Positions 49,720-58,932 of a stretch of DNA of 64,000 bases are shown here, one piece after another (position 1 is the stretch's first letter; each line of letters opens with the position of its first letter). The stretch comes from a bacterium (GTDB lineage Bacteria; Zhuqueibacterota; Zhuqueibacteria; Residuimicrobiales; Krinioviventaceae). Below the pieces are notes generated by a model. It had not been told where the DNA came from and did not search any database. It worked only from the letters and a program-made list of their open reading frames with translations. The position numbers were made by a program, and so were the translations under genes. Location: assembly GCA_963674595.2 (NCBI GenBank), contig CAXXFV010000006.1, positions 160,001 through 224,000 of the forward strand. Reading direction: 5' to 3'.

Positions 49720-50864
49720 TTATCCTCCCAATTCCATACATCGTTTTCGGTAATGTAAATAGTCTTTCCATTTTACTTCAGGGGGGACACCGTGGTCACA
49801 TGTTGGTATATATCCCCCTCGTTTTCGCATAAATGGTAATATCCTGTCCAGTTCGCGGTCAATAGCATCCGGGCCTTGTGCGAGTATCCGTTTATCAATG
49901 CCGCCGCTTATAATCAGATCCGGATGGTTTTTGGCTATTTGTACAACATCACAACCGGAAGCTACTTCAAACGGACTCATTACATCCATTCCAAGCCCTT
50001 TACGGTACACATCAATAACAGAAACAGCAAAGCCGTCTGTGTCGATTTGAACATATAAATGCCTTTTTTTATCAAGTTGACGGTCTTGTGTATTTTTTAA
50101 CAGTTGTTGATAATAGGGCATAAGAAATTCATTGATCATGTCAGGCGAAATAAGCGGACCTACGTTGTAACAAATATCTTCAGCCAGATAAAGTTCGTCA
50201 AGAGTGACATATTGCTGATGTTTTGAAATAACAGCATCAGACAATTCCAGCCAGGTTTTCATACAATCATGGATAAGCTTTGGATTGTCGTAAAAGAAAT
50301 ACAACAGATTCTCAGGACCAATCAGGCTGCGCAAATACATATAGCCGCCGATAAGGTTTTGCTGGATCATCAATCCCTGTGATGCTTTTTGCAAAGCTAT
50401 ATTCATACGGTCATGCAGGTTCAAATAACGATTTTCATCCGCCGGGTTTAAACGCCATTTTACGTTCTCCTCCCAGGTGGCCTGATCTTTTACAGGATGG
50501 TCCAGATATTCCGGCATAAATCCCTGGCGTTTTCCGGTAAAGTAGAGAACATATCGCCCGGCTATATCCTGAACAATTTCCTGGTTGCCCCGTGTTTCAA
50601 TGATCTTTTCTTCAAACCCGGAGAGAACGCGGCTTCACACCAACCCAATTCACCCAGTTCATGGTGTCCGGGAGGATCAAAGTGAAAAAAATCATCAAGG
50701 TTAAGGGCAGGGTCCAGGCCCTGTTCATACCAGGTATCCAGACAAAACCAAAGTCCGAATGTTTTATGGAAAAAGGGAGCATCCGGTTTTTTTGCATAAA
50801 TGTCACGTAATTTTACGCCTGAAGGATGCCATTGTTCTCTTGGTGGAAGACTGTTATTTTTCAT
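49720..50864 (-). CDS. URO-D/MtaA-like protein #4 (frameshift at ~50614-50619)
   Basis: R.LIG.ENL...YD.P, AEDICYN.GPLISP, DTDG, PFEVASG, GGIDKR and GGYIPTCDH motifs. One missing base splits SPG/FEEKIIE. Confidence 0.8.
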
Positions 50865-50873
50865 TTTGCCTCG

Positions 50874-53800
50874 TTATTCGCCCGTAACCGGAAGCTGTGT
50901 GCGGTAATTATCAATGTATAATCCTATTTCATCAAAGGGAATTTTTTGAAAATCAGGAACTTTTTCATAAACAACAGAATCGTCTTTCAATTTGAAATCC
51001 ATATTTTCTGCATCGATAAAACCGGGATCCTCTTTGGTGACATAGTTGTTTTTAAATTTAAATTGTGTGTTTAATCCTACCAGCCGATATGTTTCATCAT
51101 ATTTTACAGAAACATTATTTTCAAAAGTATTTCTGGCCGGCAGCATGCCATAGTAAATATCACTGCCGGGTATAAGGTCCAGCCAGTTTACCAGATTCGG
51201 ATATGCTGACCGATAGGGCTCTTTTTTTATATCAATATGTTTTGTTAATCTGTTTCGATAAATACCGTCGTCGCCAAAATAATATTCTTTTGAATCCAGG
51301 GCAAAGTCCCACCACATGGATTTTTGCTGAAGTACCGGACCATAGCCTTCGATAAAGATATTATTCCGAACGGTTATATCCTGTCCGCCATTACTGTAGA
51401 CGGTGCCGAAAGAACCGGCTTTGTAAAATACGTTTCCTTCTACAAGACCATCACAGGCCGCATCATCAAAATAGACGCACATTGTCCATTTGCGATCAAC
51501 ACGCCCGACATGATGGAAAAAATTATAACGGATGACGTTACCCCTGTCACTTGGATTTCTGCCGATATACCATGCAGAGGCATCGTTTGAATTGAGCGTA
51601 ACATGGTGAATGTGGTTGTATTCAAAAAGGTGCTCATTACCGGCCACCATAATTGCCTGCAGCGCCGCATTAAACACTTCACAATGAGAAACACGATTAC
51701 CACATCCATATACTTTGATTCCGGGCCACTGGGACCTGTTTCTTAACTGAAAGTCATAAACTCTGCAATTTTCTACAAAACAGTTTCCGGGAACCAGCTC
51801 TTTTTTGCTGCCGCCGTCCAATAAAATACCGCCGCTGCCGGTATTATAAACATCACAACTGAGAATACCGTGATTCTTGCCGGGATGCCGGTCCCAAGTC
51901 GTATTCATATAAGAGTAAGACGTTAAGCTGCCTATTTCTCTGGAAACAGGAACACCGGTATAATCGACACCGGTAATGTGCGGAAAAGTTTGCATTGCCC
52001 CTTTTCCCATCATAATACCGATTGTGCCGCAATTTCGAATCGTGCAACCGGCAATCAGGTTATTCTGTCCGCCTTCAATATAGATACCCATTCCCCTGGT
52101 CACCTGGAAAAATACATTTTCAAAATTGACATACGAGGCGTTATCAAGGACAAGCATGGGTGTTTCCAGTTCCGAAACTTCAATCTCTGCATTTTCAAAG
52201 TTTTCAGGCGGCCATATATAAAGCATGCCCGTATTTTTGTCAACATACCATTCACCCGGACTGTCAATTTCAGCCAGAATGTTTAACGCCACATATTGTT
52301 GATAGGGAGCTCCGCTTCCCAAACCATACATGTGCGGTGTGGTCAGTTTTACCTGTCCAGCCTCTGGATTAATCCATTCAACTTTAATTTTATCATCCGC
52401 ATATCCCCATTTAAAAGTGCCCTGGAACCATATATCATCGATTCCGACCCACTTTTCATGGCGTTTGTCCGTGTATTCAAAAATACCGCCGCGTATATTT
52501 TCATAATCTCCCCAACGGGGAATGGAACCGGTATCAATAATTTTACCAATTAATATGGCGCTGTTATTCGGATACCGGGCGAGGGGCATTTTTTCGTTGT
52601 TTATAAATACTTCCAATGGCGCTGTAACAACCGGTAAACCATGACCGAATTTTTTATGCTCTCCGAAATTCGAAATTCCGAAACTTTTCAAATTGACCTG
52701 GTAAAGGTTATTTTGAGCCTCAGTAGAAATTATTTGTTTTAACACATTATTGTCAGATACTTTTTCAAAAGCATTTGTCGGTATTTTTTGTCCGCCGGAA
52801 ATATAGACTTTTTCACCTGGCCAGGCACTGTATATGATGGGAGAGTCTTTCGTGCCGGAATCTTTCTCCAGTAATTCAAAGGATTGTTTTAAAGGATAAT
52901 AACCTCCGCGCAACCATACCGTTAAACTGTCTCGGTGTTGTGCCGGTATAGTTCGAATGGCGTCCCTGGCTTTTTCCAGAGATTTAAACGGTTCTGAAAA
53001 AGTGCCGGGATTATTATCATTACCTTCGGGTGAAATGAAAAATTCACTGGCATAATGTATATCATCTTCCGGCAAGGTGGTACGAAATTCATCTCTATAG
53101 AGTCCCATTTCTTCAAATGGTATTTTTTGAAATTCAGGGATCTTTTTGTAAACAATCGAATTGTCTCTAAGCTGAAAATCCATGGTTTCATAATTGACAA
53201 AACCGGGGTCCTGATTGGTTATATAATTGTTTTTAAAATCAAATTGTGCATGTTCACCTACCAGGCGAAACGTTTCGCCGTATTTATAAATAACATTGTT
53301 TTCAAAAAGATTGTTTTTAGGCCGCATTCCTACATAGGTGACCCCGTCATCCATTAAATCCAGCCAGTTAACGAGTTCCGGATAGGTTGTGCTGTAAGGA
53401 GGTTTTGTTATATCCAGCGATTCCATCAGCCTGGTGCGATAAACACTATTTTCACCGAAATAATAATCAATTTGATACTGTCCAAAATCATACCACATGG
53501 ATTTTAATGTTAGTGCAGGCCCATAGCCTTCAATAAGAATATTATTTCTAACCGTTATATCATGACCGGCATTGCTGTAAATCGTTCCAAAGGATCCGAC
53601 TTTATAAAGAATGTTTCCTTCAACAAGTCCGCCTCCGGCCGCATCATCAAAATAGATACCCATGGTCCATTCCCGGTCCGGGTTCCCGCAATGATGAAAA
53701 AAGTTGTTACGAATAACTAAACCACGATCACTGGGGTCCCGTCCGTTATACCAGGGTGAGGTGTCATTTGAATTTAGTGTCAAATGATGGAGATGATTGT

Positions 53801-55286
53801 ATTCAAAAACATGTTCATTACCATGAACGTATATTCCCTGAAAGTCACTGTTGAAAATTTCATTATGCCGGATTTTGTTACCGCATCCGTCAACAATAAT
53901 ACCGGCCCATAAAAATTTATTACGACGGTTGTAATCATGGACCCGGCAGTTTTCCACAAGGCAATTTCCATTTATCAGATTTTTTTTATCTCCGCCGCTG
54001 AGGTAAATCCCGCCGCAACCGGTATTATAAACATCACAACTGATGATCCAATGATTATTGCCGCCGTCCCTGTCCCATGTTGTGTATTTGTATAATTGAG
54101 GTATTAAAGTACCGATTGTTCGTGAAACAGGTACACCGTCATAATCATCATGGGTAATATGTGGAAAGGTTTGTTTGGCTCCCTTTCCCATTAAAATACC
54201 AATCGTCCCCATATTACGGATCGTACATCCGGCAATGGTATTATAACCGCCACCTTCGATATAGATTCCCATATCGCGGGCATTCTCAAAAATCAGTCCC
54301 TGTATATTTACAAAAGAGACATGATCAAGGACAAACATAGGTTCATCAACAATGGAAATAGAAATTTTAGAATTTGAAATGTCTTCCGGCGGCCAGAAAT
54401 ACAACATTCCGGTATTTTTATCAACATACCATTCGCCGGGTGAATCCAGTTCTTCAAGAATGTTAAGAGCATAATAATGACGATAATTTTTGCCTGTGTC
54501 AATCCCATACATGTGCGGTGTGGCTAGCTTGACAAGGTGTTTATCCGGATCAATCCAATCAACTTTAATTTTGTCATCTGCATAACCCCATTTAAATGTT
54601 CCCTGAAACCACACATCATCCAATCCCTGCCATTTTTCATGACGGTCATCTGTGTATTCAAAAATGCCGCCGCGAATATTTTCATAATCTTTAATTCTTG
54701 GAATAGAACCGGTATCATGCACTTTACCGATCAGCATATAACCATCGTTGGGATAACGGGCAAGTGTCATCACCTCGTTGTTAAAATAAAGCTCCATAGG
54801 CGCTGTAACAACCGGCAGTGCGTGCCCGTATTGCTGGTGTTTGCCGAAATTTGTTACTCCCAGCTTTTTGAGATTTATCTCCAATATATGAGGCCGGGCA
54901 TTTTCTTCCAGCCTTTTTAATATTTTTTTGTCTGTTACCTGAGAAAATAAGGACGGGTTCAGGTCCATACCGCCGCTGATAATTACCTTTTCGTCCGGAT
55001 AATTTCGATAAACAACAGGAAAGCTGTCAACTCCGGAGTCCTGTTCGAGTAATTCAAATGATTTGGATAAATTATAGGTTCCTTCACGCAGCCAAACATT
55101 AACATCGGTTTCAGATGAGAAAGGTTTTTCGGCACGAATCGCATCTCGTGCTTTTTCAAGGGTGGCAAATGGTTCTTCAAACGTTCCCGGGTTATCGTCT
55201 GAACCATTGGGAGAGATGTAATAATCAAGTGAATAGGAGGTGGACGTCAAAAAAAAACAAACAAGAAATAGATATATTTTTTTCAT
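50874..55286 (-). CDS. Secreted right-handed beta-helix protein with two tandem GH141-like modules
   Basis: Signal peptide MKKIYLF; two copies of SP.G.D.NPGT..EPF..LEKARDAIR / ARYPN / E.DSPGEWY / YFDDAA / DPGF...DF.L. Confidence 0.82.
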   Translation of the reverse strand: MKKIYLFLVCFFLTSTSYSLDYYISPNGSDDNPGTFEEPFATLEKARDAIRAEKPFSSETDVNVWLREGTYNLSKSFELLEQDSGVDSFPVVYRNYPDEKVIISGGMDLNPSLFSQVTDKKILKRLEENARPHILEINLKKLGVTNFGKHQQYGHALPVVTAPMELYFNNEVMTLARYPNDGYMLIGKVHDTGSIPRIKDYENIRGGIFEYTDDRHEKWQGLDDVWFQGTFKWGYADDKIKVDWIDPDKHLVKLATPHMYGIDTGKNYRHYYALNILEELDSPGEWYVDKNTGMLYFWPPEDISNSKISISIVDEPMFVLDHVSFVNIQGLIFENARDMGIYIEGGGYNTIAGCTIRNMGTIGILMGKGAKQTFPHITHDDYDGVPVSRTIGTLIPQLYKYTTWDRDGGNNHWIISCDVYNTGCGGIYLSGGDKKNLINGNCLVENCRVHDYNRRNKFLWAGIIVDGCGNKIRHNEIFNSDFQGIYVHGNEHVFEYNHLHHLTLNSNDTSPWYNGRDPSDRGLVIRNNFFHHCGNPDREWTMGIYFDDAAGGGLVEGNILYKVGSFGTIYSNAGHDITVRNNILIEGYGPALTLKSMWYDFGQYQIDYYFGENSVYRTRLMESLDITKPPYSTTYPELVNWLDLMDDGVTYVGMRPKNNLFENNVIYKYGETFRLVGEHAQFDFKNNYITNQDPGFVNYETMDFQLRDNSIVYKKIPEFQKIPFEEMGLYRDEFRTTLPEDDIHYASEFFISPEGNDNNPGTFSEPFKSLEKARDAIRTIPAQHRDSLTVWLRGGYYPLKQSFELLEKDSGTKDSPIIYSAWPGEKVYISGGQKIPTNAFEKVSDNNVLKQIISTEAQNNLYQVNLKSFGISNFGEHKKFGHGLPVVTAPLEVFINNEKMPLARYPNNSAILIGKIIDTGSIPRWGDYENIRGGIFEYTDKRHEKWVGIDDIWFQGTFKWGYADDKIKVEWINPEAGQVKLTTPHMYGLGSGAPYQQYVALNILAEIDSPGEWYVDKNTGMLYIWPPENFENAEIEVSELETPMLVLDNASYVNFENVFFQVTRGMGIYIEGGQNNLIAGCTIRNCGTIGIMMGKGAMQTFPHITGVDYTGVPVSREIGSLTSYSYMNTTWDRHPGKNHGILSCDVYNTGSGGILLDGGSKKELVPGNCFVENCRVYDFQLRNRSQWPGIKVYGCGNRVSHCEVFNAALQAIMVAGNEHLFEYNHIHHVTLNSNDASAWYIGRNPSDRGNVIRYNFFHHVGRVDRKWTMCVYFDDAACDGLVEGNVFYKAGSFGTVYSNGGQDITVRNNIFIEGYGPVLQQKSMWWDFALDSKEYYFGDDGIYRNRLTKHIDIKKEPYRSAYPNLVNWLDLIPGSDIYYGMLPARNTFENNVSVKYDETYRLVGLNTQFKFKNNYVTKEDPGFIDAENMDFKLKDDSVVYEKVPDFQKIPFDEIGLYIDNYRTQLPVTGE
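50880..55230 (-). repeat. Intragenic tandem duplication (~2.18 kb unit)
   Basis: Matching DNA blocks (e.g. ACTTTAATTTT at 52381 and 54562) are offset by 2181 nt (727 codons). Confidence 0.85.
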
Positions 55287-55305
55287 GATATTCCTCAAGT
55301 TAGAT

Positions 55306-56334
55306 TCAAATCAGGGGTGTATAATGTCCAAAGTTTCTGAATGCCCGGCACATAACTCTTAGTTTATCCTGGTCTAAACTAATTGCCTCGGGTGTTGTAT
55401 AGGCCATACTGACCAATCCTCCGTTAAACCCGCCGAGTGTTTTAACCATTTTTTGAACATAATTTTCTATATCCTTAGCAGAACCGTGGACCATTATATT
55501 TTGTATATCAACCGGGCACCAAAAGGCAAGTTTGCCTCCTGCTTTGTCAGCCAGATTTTCGAGTCCCATATTTTGCTGCTGGTCCATTTGCACAACGTTT
55601 AATCCTGCATTAATCAAATCAGGCAACAAGTCTATAATATAGCCACAGGAATGCATCCATACATCCATACCAAGAGAATGGGCAAGTGTCCAGTTTTCCC
55701 TATAGTGAGGAATGAAAAACTCGTTAATGAGTTCTCTGGAAATCATTAACCGGTTTTGCAAACCCCAGTCGTCATAAGCCATAACACCATCGCAACCCAG
55801 TCCGGCGAGCAGTTTTATGGATTGCCGCTGCTGTTCGGCAAACCGGGCAATCAATTCTTTTAAAAAATTCGGATGTTCATAATAACTCATGAACATATTT
55901 TCCAGTCCGATGATGTTATGAATGCCCTCATTCAAAGAACTGAATCCCATGACTCCCAAAACATATTTTGGATTATCGCTGTTTTGGTTTTCCTGTATGG
56001 CTTGTTTTGTATGAATATAATAAGACGGATTATTCCGGTCCGGAAATTTATATAAATGGTGCTGCGTTAAATCGCTGATAGGATAAGACTTTGCCTGGCC
56101 CATGTCTGTTTCGTTTCCTGCCCGGCGTTCCCATGTAACTCCCCAGGCATCTATGCGCTGGTCGATTTGACCTTTGTTTTTCCACGATTGAATATCTGCC
56201 GGACCAAGGTTTTTCCCGGTTGTCCAGGGAGCTGCCCAAAGTACATCGTTTGGTTGACCATCGGGTAAATAATGGGGGACATGGTCGGGATTTTCAAAGT
56301 GGATAGCGCGTTTAACTCGCTCTCGTGATGTCAT
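55306..56334 (-). CDS. URO-D/MtaA/CmuA-like protein #5
   Basis: MTSRERV..AI.F..PD.VP, DAWG, GLEN, YDDWG.Q, MHSCG (HxC) and FWCPVDIQ motifs. Confidence 0.85.
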   Translation of the reverse strand: MTSRERVKRAIHFENPDHVPHYLPDGQPNDVLWAAPWTTGKNLGPADIQSWKNKGQIDQRIDAWGVTWERRAGNETDMGQAKSYPISDLTQHHLYKFPDRNNPSYYIHTKQAIQENQNSDNPKYVLGVMGFSSLNEGIHNIIGLENMFMSYYEHPNFLKELIARFAEQQRQSIKLLAGLGCDGVMAYDDWGLQNRLMISRELINEFFIPHYRENWTLAHSLGMDVWMHSCGYIIDLLPDLINAGLNVVQMDQQQNMGLENLADKAGGKLAFWCPVDIQNIMVHGSAKDIENYVQKMVKTLGGFNGGLVSMAYTTPEAISLDQDKLRVMCRAFRNFGHYTPLI

Positions 56335-56460
56335 GTCGTTTGTATTGGTAATATTTAGATTTCTATTGATTTTAGGTGTATATCAGATAATCATTTTTCA
56401 GGATATTTCCAAGTGTTTTCTATAGAAGTTTGTTGATGGATAATATTATGAAAAGAATTT

Positions 56461-57744
56461 TTAAAATAACGGAAAATGATCCTTGTTCGCTTTTTTTAAT
56501 GCCGCCCACACTTTTTCAAGTTGTGATTCTTTTGGTCCCAAAGGATGGGTGAGCATAGCTTTTTTAATCAGGGATTCATCCCTGTTCATATATCCTTCAA
56601 TCGTCAGCCGTTCAAAGTTTTTAATTGTATGAATCAAACCGAGGGTTGCCTTGTTTGCTCCGCCGATTGATTTTGTAACAGGCCCGCTTTTCGTAAGAAA
56701 GGCCGGAATTTCCAGTACATAATCCGAAGGGATATTGTCAACCGTGTCTTTATTCAACGTATTTATAATATGAATTTTGTTAGCATCTGTTTCAATGTCA
56801 TGAATCAATTCTGTTGCAACGGTTGAATACATAAATCCGCCGCGCTGACTGAGCTGCTCCGGTTTTTCCGTCAGGGTTTCCTGTTTGTACAACTCTAACA
56901 ATTCGTCTTCAATTTTTAATATGACCTGTCCCCGTGTTCCTTTAGAGTCGCGGTCTATGTATTCACTTTCCAGCATTTTGTCGGTCATGTAAAAATAACG
57001 CAAATAGGGATTGGGCAAAAGTCGCAGTTTTTTCAAAAAATCAGGTTCATAATCGGTAGCCGGAATATTTTTCATGTTGAGATTAAAACGCTGCCACATT
57101 TCATCGGTACGGTCTTTTTCGTTAATAAACACCTGTTCGGCCCAGCTTAAATGGTTCAAGCCGTAATATTTTAAAAACACATCATCTCTGGTCACGTCAA
57201 ATGATTTGGCCGATTCAAGAACAAACTCTATAGGCACATTACACAGTCCGATACATTTTTCATAATGGAGATAGTTTAACATGAATTCGGAAAGCATGCC
57301 GGACGGGTTGGAAAAACTGATGATCCAGGGATTGTTGCCATATTTTCGTGCCAGCTCAACATATTTTTCAACAATGGGAAATGCACGAAGACCGCAGGCC
57401 ATTCCTCCCATACCGGTTGTTTCCTGTCCGATTAATCCGAATTCCAGGGGAATTGTTTCATCGTTTATGCGTCCCGGCATAAGCCCGGCCCGGAACTGGA
57501 ACAGCAGATAATCCGCACCCTTGATGGCCTGTTCAGGATCATAACCTGTTTTTAAAACAATAGATGACTTGCTTGAAGTCAACATTCGTTGTGCAAACGC
57601 AGAGACGATTGCAAATTTTTCACGACTCTCCTCAATATCCAGCATATATATTTCATCGATGCGGACTATATTTGAGATATGCACCAGTCCTTCGATTAGT
57701 TCCGGTGTATAGGTGCTGCCGCCGCCAATGATACAAATTTTCAT
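56461..57744 (-). CDS. GH4 6-phospho-beta-glucosidase (NAD+/Mn2+-dependent)
   Basis: IIGGGSTYTPEL, GQETTGMGG, NPSG, GLCNVP, GLNHL and RGGFMYS motifs. Confidence 0.92.
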   Translation of the reverse strand: MKICIIGGGSTYTPELIEGLVHISNIVRIDEIYMLDIEESREKFAIVSAFAQRMLTSSKSSIVLKTGYDPEQAIKGADYLLFQFRAGLMPGRINDETIPLEFGLIGQETTGMGGMACGLRAFPIVEKYVELARKYGNNPWIISFSNPSGMLSEFMLNYLHYEKCIGLCNVPIEFVLESAKSFDVTRDDVFLKYYGLNHLSWAEQVFINEKDRTDEMWQRFNLNMKNIPATDYEPDFLKKLRLLPNPYLRYFYMTDKMLESEYIDRDSKGTRGQVILKIEDELLELYKQETLTEKPEQLSQRGGFMYSTVATELIHDIETDANKIHIINTLNKDTVDNIPSDYVLEIPAFLTKSGPVTKSIGGANKATLGLIHTIKNFERLTIEGYMNRDESLIKKAMLTHPLGPKESQLEKVWAALKKANKDHFPLF

Positions 57745-58724
57745 GACAACTGCTCCGCTGTTTGGTAGGATTGTATAATTTTTTCGGCAAAGGAATCACT
57801 TATGTTGACGCCGCTGCCTTTTAAAGCTAAAAAGACCGCACCAAGGACTGCGTCGTGATCGGGGATAACAATATCAAGATCATATTTTTGATGCAGGGCC
57901 AATTCTATCATCTTGGTAAATGGCTGGTAACGCTCTTTAAAAACCGAACCTTCCAAAACAAGGGTAAATTTTTGATCACGAAACATGGCGTTGTAAAATT
58001 CATTTACAATTTTTAAAACCTCTTTAACCATGTTCCAGCAAATTTCCAGGGCCTTGCCGTCATATTCGAGCGCACAGGAAAATAATATCGGTAATATTTT
58101 GCGGACCTGATTATCGTCGATTTCCATGTTGACAAGCTCGCTCAAACTTTTAACGGAATAAGCTTTACTTATTCTGCTCGTCAGGATGGTCGGTTCGTCG
58201 CGACCGTCTTCCGAACGCATGGCGGCAATGAGGGTATACGAGGCAATAGCATGGCCGCCCAATACGTCTCCTAAAAATTCGCATAATCCTCCAATTCGCA
58301 TGTGTTTACCGGACGGACTCTGAACACAATTTGTATTCGCCGTACCGCATGTTACCACCATACCTGGATTGCCAAAAGTTCCGTTATGAAGGGCTATCCA
58401 GCCGTCATTTTCAAAATCAAAAGGGCGGTCCGGCAGTACCTGGGCAAAACTTTTATTAAGAATTATAAAGTCTTCCGGCGAGTCGGCTCCGGCAGCGCCG
58501 AAATAAATAAAAGAAATTTGTTCTGCAGAAATGTTAAACTTTTTTAACAGTTTTTGGACGGCGGTCTGTAACTGATGACGCATTTCCGCTTCACCGATGT
58601 TTTGATAATTGGTCCCCTTGTCTTTAAGTTTCGCCAGGACCTGACCTGAATGCTCTACAAGCGCATAGGAAGTTTTGGTGTTTCCGATATCAACGCCGAT
58701 GACGTATTGTTTTTCTTTATTCAT
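57741..58724 (-). CDS. BadF/BadG/BcrA/BcrD-type sugar kinase (NagK/MurK-like)
   Basis: GVDIGNTKT, GAAGAD, ENDG, CGT and LEGSV motifs; ATGA overlap with the GH4 gene. Confidence 0.85.
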   Translation of the reverse strand: MNKEKQYVIGVDIGNTKTSYALVEHSGQVLAKLKDKGTNYQNIGEAEMRHQLQTAVQKLLKKFNISAEQISFIYFGAAGADSPEDFIILNKSFAQVLPDRPFDFENDGWIALHNGTFGNPGMVVTCGTANTNCVQSPSGKHMRIGGLCEFLGDVLGGHAIASYTLIAAMRSEDGRDEPTILTSRISKAYSVKSLSELVNMEIDDNQVRKILPILFSCALEYDGKALEICWNMVKEVLKIVNEFYNAMFRDQKFTLVLEGSVFKERYQPFTKMIELALHQKYDLDIVIPDHDAVLGAVFLALKGSGVNISDSFAEKIIQSYQTAEQLS

Positions 58725-58932
58725 TATTTTTCTCCATGTATATTGTAGTTAATTTACAAAATTATCAAAATATATCAAAACCGAAACAACAGGAGATTGT
58801 TTGTTTATCCGAATTATAAGATTAATTATGTTTTTATCCATAAAATTCTGATTATGTATTTACTTTTTTCTGTAAAATTAATATGTTTAATTGAATCAAT
58901 GGTTAATGAATTCCTAAAACAGAGGTGTCATC

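Noticed and set aside
39608-56334. URO-D-like genes as heme biosynthesis hemE
   Set aside because: There are five divergent copies among CAZymes, no recognisable HemE RQAGR motif, and no other tetrapyrrole genes.
57741-58724. BadF/BcrA-type ATPase as the reductive activator (RACE/RamA) of the corrinoid system
   Set aside because: It has no Fe-S cysteine motif and is too short. Its motifs and coupling to GH4 fit a sugar kinase.
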